Shown piece after piece: positions 12,304 to 22,417 of a stretch of 64,000 nucleotides of DNA. Origin of the DNA: Zygnema circumcarinatum SAG 698-1b. Its lineage: Eukaryota; Plantae; Zygnematophyceae. A program made the position numbers and the translations under genes. Location: the NCBI GenBank assembly GCA_037447605.1, contig CM074812.1:682001-746000 (forward strand), given 5' to 3'. Position 1 is the first letter of the stretch; every line of letters starts with the position of its first letter. The notes beneath the pieces are model-generated. The model did no database searches. It was not told the origin of the DNA and worked only from the letters and a program-made list of their open reading frames with translations.

Positions 12304-13512
12304 ATGAAAAAGGAGAAGGAGGTTCATTCTACTGAGTTTCTTCTTATTGTTAAGACTGATGGGTTCAAAAAAGGCTGATTAGCACATTGTATGTGGGGGG
12401 GGAGGGGGAAAGAGAGAAAAAATTGGGGGAGGAAAGATAGGAGGGTGGGGAGGGGGAACTGAAGTAGAGAAGGGAAGTGATGAGACGTATAGAGATAAGC
12501 AAATCAATCGTGAATGTGATCATGAGAAGTAATGCTCTTGTGCTTGATGAATCAGAGGATATTGGCTAAGTTTTCGACATTGAATGTGTTTCTGTACTGC
12601 TCACAGCTGAAAGACGTGGACAATACAGGCCTTCCCTGGCTCAAGAAGAAGTTTCGAGAATACATTGATGTGAGGGCTTTCTTGGAGCAAGCAGCTCAAT
12701 CTGGAGATGATAAAATAAAATATGAAGAAGTGCAGCTACTGTTCGATGGGATGCCGGCTGTGTCAGAAAAGATGCTGCCAATCAGAAAGCGTGTTGAGAT
12801 GGACTTTGTGGATGACTGGATTGATGGAAGCTTCCGTGGAGATAGATTGCTGGGGAAGGGGGGAGAGAAAAGCAGTTACAGGCGTAGTTCAAAGCCTTCA
12901 GATGAAGAGAGCAATGGTGGAAGCTTAACAAAGCAAGTGAGGCTGAATGAAGGGGGAAGGAGACCTCTACAGAAAAAAAACTCGTCTTTGAATGGCTATG
13001 ACGAGCTCACTGTGAATGAAGAAGCCCTCTTGGACCGCTTCTTGCCTTCCTCGAATGAGTCGAAAAGTGAGAGAAGTTTGCGGGATGGAAGGAAGGAAGA
13101 CGATGATGTTCTCTTGTCGAATTCAACGATGGAGAGCAACGAGAGTCCCACTACTCGAGCCTCCCCCTCTTCCAATAGAAGTCTTCAAGGAGGCCTTAAT
13201 CTTCAAAGACCACTGTTTCGCGGTGGGGGATACTCTCGCCAAGGGGAAGCTTCACCTAAAGAAATATTTGGATCTGATATTGGTGACCAAAGAAGGCTTA
13301 TGGAAGCTGCAATAATCTGCTGGCAATCGCTTGCCCTTGTGGGGGTGACTGTCTCAGACTCCCTCTCCATGCTTTACATTCTCCTCTATTGGGCCTGCGA
13401 AGCCCTGACCAGGATCAAGGCCGGTCAGGGCTCTCAGCAATACTCTCTCTCGCCTGTACCTGTGTACCATACATACTCAAAAAATATATATATGGGGGAG
13501 CCTTTGAAATGA
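12304..13512 (+). CDS. Hypothetical protein with a possible C-terminal hydrophobic segment
   Basis: Mini-exon ATGAAAAAGGAGAAGGAG (12304-12321, donor gttcat) is in frame with acceptor tcacag|CTG at 12607 and a ~300-codon open frame of ordinary composition. No family recognised. Confidence 0.5.
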
Positions 13513-14129
13513 TGGGATGGGGTGGCCATTGTACTACTTCCTGTACATATAAAGTGAATGGACCCAGAAAAAACGGATGATGTGGCAGCACGTGATTGGT
13601 TGGCCGGGTGGCAAGCCGATCCCTCCTTCATCCTATTTTTAAATAATGGGATCAGAGCGCAGCATTGGGTTGGGGCTTCATGTACATTTTTTCGTGTGTC
13701 CTTTGTAGGCGGTGCAAGTTGTGACGTATAGAATATCGCCACGTGTCGTGGGGGCTATCTATCACTTGGAGCGGGGGTTTAGGGTTCATGATTACATTTT
13801 GGTTCGTTGAAGTGTAAATACTATTGTTGTGCGAAGCCAACTAGTACTCGTCAAAGTTTGTTTGAATGGTGCTATGTTTGTGTGTGGGCTGGTAGGGTTA
13901 TGGGAGCTTGCTGCCATGTTAGGGTTTGTGTCATTGTCTATGTTATTGTGTACGTTGGGGTTTCTGTTCAGGGTTTACGTCCGTGTTGGGGTTTCCGTCA
14001 GGGCTCTACCAGGGATTAAGTCATGGTCTATGTCTTTGTCTATGTTAGGGTTGATGTTATTGTTTATGTTAGGGTTCATGTCTGCTTTGCGATTTTGGTT
14101 CATCTCTATGTCAATTGTTGGTCACTTCT

Positions 14130-14460
14130 CCCATGGATGCATGGATGCATGGATGGATGGATGCATGGATGCATGCATGGATGCATGGATGCATGAATGC
14201 ATGCATGGATGTATGGATGTATGGATGCATGGATGGGTGAATGGATGTATGGATGCATGGATGCATGCATGGATGAATGGATGCATGGATGCATGGATGG
14301 ATGGATGCATGGATGCATGCATGGATGCATCAATGCATGCATGGATGAATGGATGTATGGATGCATGGATGCATGGATGCAAGGATGCATGGATGCAAGG
14401 ATGCATGGATGCATGCATGGATGAATGGATGCATGGATGCATGCTTGGATGGATGGATGT
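14130..14460. repeat. (ATGG/ATGC)n tetranucleotide microsatellite
   Basis: Mixed GGAT/GCAT/GAAT units over ~330 bp. Confidence 0.95.
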
Positions 14461-14806
14461 GTGTCAAACTGCGACCAAAAGTGCAAAAGGCCAAAGGACG
14501 ACGAATGAACCGACAGACGGACAGAGACAGACGATCACGGCAAACCCTAAAACCCTCGAACACCTGGCCCTAAACGAGGGGCAGGCAAAACGCTGTTGGG
14601 AATCTTTTTATTGTAAAATTTGTTCGGAGGGGGAAAATTTCATTGAACTCACGATGGCGAGGCCATCAAATGTACATGGACAAAAGCACAAAGTTCGGAG
14701 GGTTTAGGTTTTAGAGTTTTGGGGTGTCTATCGCTCGCGGCTTTTTGTCGTTGACGATTCAAGCAAGCACCGACACGCATCCGTACTCACATTGTCAATA
14801 GATCAA

Positions 14807-15195
14807 GGAAAGTTCTATTTACAGTCACTTTTTTTCTGAAAACAGTCACTTTTTCGCCGGGCAGCTTTTACAAAGGATTTTTTAGCTAAAAATGCTGTTT
14901 CATACTTTTGTAGAATAGATACAGACCTTTTTTCGTCGGGTGTACGGATGGTGATTTGAATGTACGAAGCGCGCGTGTCTACAAAGTATAAGGGCGCAAC
15001 ACGTGGAGCGACATGATTGGCCGCGGCAACGTATGACGTGACAAGTATGTTTGGGACCGTGACGTGACGAAACGAGACGCGAAAAAAGTGGACTCCGCCG
15101 ACGGCAGTCGGAAATGGCGGAAAAAAAGTTGACAAACCCTAAAAACCCATTTTAGGGTTTTTGAGTGCGTCTGCCGCACCTCCTTTGGACAGTTC
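14807..15195 (+). mobile_element. Solo long TIR of a Mutator-like/foldback family (same family as 38.3-39.2 kb)
   Basis: Highly similar to 38345-38615 (direct) and 38800-39158 (inverted). It begins GGAAAGTTCTATTTACAGT, versus GGGAAGTGCTATTTACAGT at the 39158 end. Confidence 0.8.
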
Positions 15196-15660
15196 GCGCA
15201 AGGACGCAGACGACTCAAAATATGAAAATATGTACGGCCCACATGTACTGTACTCGACGCTTGCCTACGGTCAATCCGTCATATTTCGGGTTCTGACCAA
15301 CCGACCAACCGACAAAACGACCAGCCGACAAAACGACCGGCCGACAAAACGACCAACGGTTTTTGCGTCACTGCCCGCCAATAGGCAATGGTCGTAGCCG
15401 TACCACCGTAGATGCCCCTGACAAATACCGTACAGTAACGTACGGCCATTCTGTCCTGATCCTCCCCGCCAATCTGCCAGAGCTCGTCACCGAGTAGCGA
15501 TTCTAGCGAACCCTAGCGACAGAGCCCCATACGACAATCGGACGGTCCTTACAGTAGTCCCGTGGATGAAATCGTATTTGGTCAAACATAAACACGTCGA
15601 CGCGTGGCAGGCTCCAGGTGTGCATTGGGCGGGAATGGTTGTCGTTAAATTAAGAGACAA

Positions 15661-15877
15661 CCGCCTGGTCGGTGCCGGCCGGCGGGCCAACGGTGCGGCC
15701 GCGGGCGGCCGGATGGCGCCGCGCGGAGGGGCAGCCCCCCATGGCCATGGCCCATCCCCCCCATGGCCATCCATGGCCCAACCCCCATGGCCATGGGCGG
15801 AAGCCTGTCAGGTCCGGGCGGCGCCATTCGGCCGGTCGGCTCCCCCCGCGGCCCGCCGGCCGGCACGGACCAGACGG
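15661..15877. mobile_element. GC-rich foldback element / MITE-like hairpin
   Basis: 28-bp arms 15661-15688 and 15850-15877 (2 mismatches), a second inner arm GGCCGGATGGCGCCGC / GCGGCGCCATTCGGCC, and a centre of CCATGG repeats. No TSD seen. Confidence 0.55.
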
Positions 15878-16365
15878 CGCGGCCGCTGGCGGTGACTGCG
15901 GCCGGCCGGCTGTCGCACACAAAAACGACAAGCGCGCCCGCCCAAGCACACCTGACTGTACCAAAAGGACCCGGCCGCCTTGGGTCCACGTGGCCGAACG
16001 TCGCGACACATGATTCGTCCACGTGGCAGCCAGCCTGACCGTACAGTCATCTCTGCTGCATTTCCTCCATTGCCAACTGTAGTCGTCGCCCAATGAAAAT
16101 TCGTCACGTGGACAAAAAGTGCTGAGTTGGCCCGCCGCCATTGGCCGTGAAGACAGTAGCTTTTTCGCCGCCTTGCAGGCCGGCCCGCTTGGCCGCTGCG
16201 GAGAGGCCTCCGCCATGGCGGCCGCGCGCAAGAGGGCAGGGCTCGGGCTCAAGGGGGGAGGGAGGGGGGGGGAGGCCGGGGGAGGAGGGAGGGGGATAAG
16301 GAGGTGGGGTGAGAGAGCGAGAGGGAGGGAGAGTGAGAGAGGGGGAGGGAGGGAGCGAGGAAGGG

Positions 16366-16396
<31 letters not shown>

Positions 16397-16414
16397 ATCT
16401 GAATGCGTGAAGCC

Positions 16415-17787
16415 ATGACCCACAAATTACATCCCTTCTCTATATACTTTACTATCTCCATTGCCATTTTTTCTACTCACTTTCCCGCCCTTGCGCTCTC
16501 TTCCTCTCCCGACGGTGATCTTCCATTCACCCCCGCCGCCATGGCTCCATCTTCAACTCCCTCACTTCCTCCTCCTCCTCCTCCTCCTCTCCTCCTCCCA
16601 CCTGCACCCTCCCCTATCTCACCTCCTGCCCCTGTCGACAACTCTCCTCCCCATCCGCAACTTCTTCCACAGCCGTCGCCTCCACCACTTCTTGGAACTC
16701 CTCCCTCCTCCCTCTCTCCCTCTCCTCCTCCTCTTCCTCCTCCTCCTCCACCTTCTCCTTCTCCTTCGCCTCCTTCTTCTTCTCCTCTCCCTCCATTGAC
16801 ACCCTCAACCCCTTCGCCTCCTTCACTCAGGCCGCCTCCTCCTCCTCCTCCTCCTCCTATTGCCGCTCTGGTGAGTATACGTAGAGCATCATTCTCTGCA
16901 CTTTTTTGAAGGTTGAAAAAGTATGAAGTAGGTGTCAAAATGTGTTTACATTTTTTTTGACTATTAATCACTTCCATTTACACAACCTCACAAAAAAGCT
17001 CTTTTTGCGCCTGTCGTCGCCTCAAGACGCCACCTTGAAACCCTAAATTTTCGTGCAATGCAAACACGTTCCATATTCAGTGCATGTCCATCATGAAGCT
17101 GATACGGGACCTATCCGCCAAAAAAATAGCCTGAGGGATAGCCCTGCTGCAACAGAGCATAAGAGACATTCCTCACATCACCTCCCCCTCCATATCTCTC
17201 TCTCTCTCTCTCGCGTCTCTTCCTTCCTTCCTCTGAAGAGTACTTTGTAATAGCATCCACGGGGTCAACTCTTACGGTTTGTTCAGAACTGGGTAGTGTA
17301 CTACAAGCACTCGCTCCCTCTAAGGGAGTGAGGCTAGTGTAACCCTCTCTCCCTCCCTCCCTCCCTCCCTCCCTCTCTCCCTCTTCCCCTCCCTTCCTCC
17401 CTCCTCGCTCCCCCCGTCCCTCCTCCCTCCCTCATCCTTCCTCGCTCCATCCTCACCCTTCCTCCTCCCCCATCCCCCCTTCCTCCCTCTCTCCTCTCAC
17501 CTCCCTCCTCCTCCGCCTCCCCTCTTTCCCTCCTCCGTCCCCCCTCCCTCCCTCCTCTCTCCCTCTTTTTTCACAACAGCGTCCCGGTTCAGCCTGACTG
17601 TTTTGGTGCTCTTCTTGTCCCTGATGTGCCCTGACTCATGCATGCATGCATGCATGCAGGGCACGTGTCCTTTGTCGTTTTCTCCCTCGCAGTGGGCACA
17701 CGCAAAAGGCGAATGCTCGCGCGACTGCGAACTCGCAATCTGTTGCGGAGCCCTAAACCGCGTCGTTATCGATGCACAGGTCCTCTG

Positions 17788-17828
<41 letters not shown>

Positions 17829-17898
17829 CCTCTCTCTCTCTATCTCTCTCTCGTTCTCTTTCTTTTTTTCTCTTTCTCTCTCTCACTCTCTCTCTCTT

Positions 17899-17931
<33 letters not shown>

Positions 17932-18483
17932 GACTCTCTCGCTCTCTTCCCCTCTCTCTCTCTCTCCCCCCTCCCCCCCGACTCTTCCTCACGATCCTCT
18001 TCTCTCCGCCGCTATCACCCCCCTCCCATCCCCTCCCCGTTTCTTTCGACTTTTTTCGACCGCCTTAAAGCCAAAACTGTAAACTTGTCAAGTTCCGTAA
18101 TCGGCATTTCAAGTTGCCATTCTGATGAAAATCTTGTTAATGTGCAGGCCGCGTATGCTACAAGCACAGGGAGCCTCGGAATAGGAATGACTCAGGCGAC
18201 AGACTGCCTCACTTACATCCAGGTACAATAAACGAAGGCAAATTGTCAGAATGTCATTGGATAGAAAATGTAAAGAATGTGCACAATGAATGGCGTGATT
18301 GTTAGGGTTTATCGATTTGCTGGAAATTTGGTGTTTTCTATCTATTTGTTGGAGCTGCTTCAGCAAGCACTTAAGACTAATTTTATGTAGGGCTGGTTAT
18401 GGCAGGCTGAGTTGTACAATGCAGATTTTGGATATTCCTTGGCAGACGTCTGCTTGATTTCGGCTGCCAACTTTACTCGACGA
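16415..18483 (+). CDS. Secreted protein: signal peptide, extensin-like Ser-Pro region, SPARK-like Cys-rich domain (3' end unresolved)
   Basis: Exon 1 16415-16870 (hydrophobic N-terminus, SPPP repeats, donor gtgagt, phase 0). Phase-0 exons 17660-17779 (GTCPLSFSPSQWAHAKGECSRDCELAICCGALNRVVIDAQ), 18148-18222 (AAYATSTGSLGIGMTQATDCLTYIQ) and 18391-~18483 (...SLADVCLISAANF). The Cys spacing CPLxF..C..CC..L..A.Y..TG..A..C resembles SPARK domains. Confidence 0.65.
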
Positions 18484-19671
18484 GTAGGGCACCCATCTCT
18501 CGCTCTCTCTCTCCCCCTCTCTCTCTCTCTCTCTTCTTGCTTTCTCTTTCGATTTCTCTGTCAAACTTGGTCAATATGTTCCGTTCAATACTTACCTGGT
18601 TCGTGGTTTCTTTCTACTATTCGTACTCACCCATTTTTTGTAGAAGTTAGCCTCCAGTTTTCAGTTTCAGGTGGCAGATGTCAAAGCAATCGAACATTAG
18701 ATAGAAAGCTTTGATTCCAGCCACTCATGGCATTCACGTGAAGTGCTTAGAGGCTTTACGTGTCTATTGTTGACTTCAATTTTGACGCTCGAGGTCCACT
18801 CTGACTATATGATGATTCTATGTGCTTCAGCACTACTCAACTCAACGTTTCTTTAATGACTCTTAATGGCTTTCAGTTTCAGTCAATGATCGATTGGTTT
18901 ATCCCACAATCAATTTGTCTTCTGCTGGAGTTGGTGGCAGTGCTGGGACACAACGATACAACTGCATGCAGATGTTCCGGAAGCTTCTCTTTCGTCAGTC
19001 GTCACATCCTGTCCTGATTCTGCAGTTGACACGACTGAGGTGCTCTATCTGCCTCTCTCTCTCTCTCTCTCTCTGTCTTCGTGCATAGCAACTGGCTTGC
19101 GTTCACGTACACGGGTGTGTTTGAGAGAGATCATTACTGGTGCTCGCCACGGAGTTAGAGAGGGTTAGTGGGAGAGGAAGTGGTATACGGGCGAGAGAAC
19201 GAGAGAGAGAGAGAGGGAGAGAGAGAGAGAGAGAGGGACTAGCGGAGCAGATGAACACCCCCCCTTGTTACGTTATCGCTGGCCCTTAAAGCAGGGCAAG
19301 GCATCCAAGGCTCCTTTGTTTTCCCGGCAAGTTTAGAGCTGACGTGGCATCGCCTGCTTGCATGGGCTGCAGGGATGCAGCCAATGCTTGGGCGCCATGT
19401 CAGCCGCTCTGAGGCAAGCGAGGGCGAATGCTTCATGCACAGGAAATCTCATAGTGTATACTGCGATGCAAGTAAGCATTAAAACTAAGATTTCTTTCTG
19501 ACTCGCAACCCTAAATCAGGCGCAGCATGAGCATGATGATTAAGAATCTTCTCTAAAACAGTACCGTTGTTGACCTTTCTGAACCCTTATATCTCTTACC
19601 ATTGCACCTTCTGAAGAATCTGAACCCTACTCCCTCTAACCCTTCCATCGTTGCCCCTTTTTTGGCGCCCC

Positions 19672-19846
19672 TAAACCCCTAAAATCCCTACAAACCCTTA
19701 AACCCTAAAAACCTTAAAACCCTAAAATCCTTAAACCCTGAAACCCTTAAACCCTTAAACCCTTAAAACCATAAAAACCCTAAAACCCTCGAACCCTAAA
19801 GCCCTAAAACCCTTCAACCCTACAAACCCTAAAACCCTAAAACCCT
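19672..19846. repeat. Degenerate interstitial telomere-like (CCCTAAA/CCCTAAAA) array
   Basis: Tandem aaccctaaaa/aacccttaa units. Confidence 0.8.
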
Positions 19847-21385
19847 GCTTGTCTCCCTCATTTTGGACCCCCCCACCTCGGCAGGCTCCGTCGGCCCTCC
19901 CGGCCATGGCGGCCTGCGTTAGTGCACGGGCGCTGGGGCAGAGCGCGACCTGCGATTCTACCGCTGCTTCCACCGTGGATCCGTTTCTGAAAAAGTTGAA
20001 CTCTTCACACGGGTTGATCTTGCGAGCTGATGCAGTTCGACCGTTGGCGCTGTTCTTATTGGTCCTGTGTGGACTCGCCCACTTGGTTTAACTTTTTCTT
20101 TAGTTTTTAACTTCACAACATGTGTTGTTGGGAAGATGCAAGTTTTGAGCATGAAAATGGAAAGTATGGGACTTGGGTTTTTTGGATGTTGGGGGTGAAA
20201 GCTTATAATGGGCTCTTTGATAATGTTCATTTTGGGATTTTGTATTTACATTAAGAGGTGGATGTGGAATGTTGATGATGATTCAAGTCCTCGCACCCCA
20301 AGTCATGCCCATGTTGGCAACCTTGGCGGCTGCCTCTAGAGCCATGTTTTTGTTGTTGTTGGACCTAGAAGCAAACATTTTAGGGTTCAGGGGAGTTTCG
20401 CTCATAGCTTTTCTTTAGTTCTTGGGCTATTTGTGGCATGTTCACCATGGTTCCCCATGTTGTCCATGCCCATGTGATGGCATCGCCATGCGTGAGACCA
20501 ATGCCAATTCATTCAAAGTGCCTTGTCGCACTAGGGTTGTGTCACGCTGAGACATGAAGATGAAGATATTCGAAACTAGTACACGCTTGCCATCGATTAC
20601 AAGCCACCGTGAAACATTTTTCGAATTCAAAATCCCAAGCTGCAATTTCTAGACGTTTTAACGACGGCCCTAGCAATCCATTTCTATGCACTGTTTTACT
20701 GGTTACTGTTGTGGCCGTTCCGTTTTACAGAACAAAGTCACATGGAACCGTTATGGGACTCCGTTCACAATGCAAATGGTGAAGTTTCCGGTTCCGTTCA
20801 CACGTGCGGAGCCCTGGAATCCGGCCGTCCAATTTTGCCTCCTTTCTCACATTTCGCCTTCTCTCTACTCTTCCTCTCCTCTCCTCCTCCGTCCTCCAAG
20901 GTACGCTATGGCTGCCTCCCGCAGCTCATATATCCCCTCAAACCTCCTTTCTCAGCATTATGCCTTTGCTATTTTGTTCCTTTTCTCTTCCCATTTTCTC
21001 ATCGTTTGGCCTGTAAACTGTGACCGGCGGACAGATTCATGCGGACACTATATGTCACAGCTTGTTGCGTTATGCATGATGAGATGTTTCATGCATAGTA
21101 CGCATCAGGCAGTTCTCACGCACTTTCTATGGGGAAGTGGATGGAGCTCTTGGCTGGGAAATGCTGAATGTCTGCAGCTGCCTCAGATTAGGGTTGCAGT
21201 CAAGCACGGCGAAGAGTTAGGGCTTCAGTTGGTTTATATTCGCCGCATCATTTTGGTCTTTCTTGCGATCATTCAACCAGTTGGTTCACTGGATCAAGCT
21301 TCAAACTTCGCTGCTCGGATCTTATCTTGCCAAAGCTTAAGCTTACATTTGATTGAAAGCGCCTCCTCCTCCTCTTGTGTTGCAG

Positions 21386-21496
21386 ATGATTGACGATCAG
21401 GATCTCGGTTTTTTCGCCAATGTTCTCGGCGTCACTATTTTCATCCTTGTCATCGCTTACCACTATGTGGTGGCAGACCCTAAATATGAGGCATGA
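21386..21496 (+). CDS. OST4: Oligosaccharyltransferase 4-kDa subunit OST4 (36 aa)
   Basis: [36 protein letters not shown], the typical plant OST4 signature. The ATG directly follows acceptor ttgcag of a 5'-UTR intron (probable donor gtacgc at 20901). Confidence 0.96.
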   Translation: MIDDQDLGFFANVLGVTIFILVIAYHYVVADPKYEA

Positions 21497-22417
21497 GCTC
21501 TCAAAAGGCTTCCCGGTTTGCTAGTGGAGCCTGAGTTGCCCTTTTTGTTTCGTCCCATTTCAACTGAACGGAATGTATGCAGCAGAAATTCCGCTTGTTT
21601 AGGAGCAAAAAAAAAAATAAAGGGCCACTTACCAAGTTTTAGAGAGGTGTGAGAAATTGGAGCAGCTGGACACCTTTCAGGGGATTTATTTTGATGCTTC
21701 CTTTTCTTTCAGCATGCGCCGCTGATGTATGTGAAGGCCGACCTTAGGGTTCTGCCCGTGCAGATCTCAAAGAAACCCTAATTCCGCACTTTTTTGTATT
21801 TGTTTAAGATAATTGCCGTAAAGCATTTTGTGACGTTTGGTACTTTGTTGTAAAGTGGCTGCTTAAAGGAGGTATTTAGGGATTTGCGTTCCGGGGTTTA
21901 AGGTTTAGGATTCAGAGCTTCCCCTCTTCAAATGTTCGTATGTTTTGGTTTGGCCCATACTCAGTTTGATTTAGTCGTTTTCACAAATTTGATTATTAGA
22001 ATTCAGGGGTTAATTAATAGTTTTCTTGGAATACATCGAGAAACCCACAAGCGAGCACGTTATACTGTAAATGGCTTTTAGTTCTGCCAATTGGTCGCTA
22101 AAAATTTGTAAAAGAAAAAGAAATGTAAATGTAACTACAAGTTTATAAGCTGATATGCCACGCCAAAAACTCTGGCCTCCCCTTCTAAACTCGAATTCAG
22201 AATGAATTAGATGACTTTGATCTGTCAGGAAAGAAGAAAATTCTGAGACATGTACAACACTATCACTAATTTGGAACCAAAGAATGAATCGTTCTATGAC
22301 ATTCCAAGAATGAACTTCTCAAACCACTTCCACGAACCCTCCTTCCCTCTCCCTCTCCCCCCGCTGCAATCCCTAAAGGCTCAGCAACCTCATCCTCCAT
22401 CCTTTCAAGAGCTCCAA

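Noticed and set aside
13829-14707. 292-aa ORF with MDAW/MHGC repeats
   Set aside because: Read-through of the (ATGG/ATGC)n microsatellite, which is open in many frames.
20686-21393. 235-aa ORF upstream of OST4
   Set aside because: Spans the OST4 promoter, 5'-UTR and intron; no family features.
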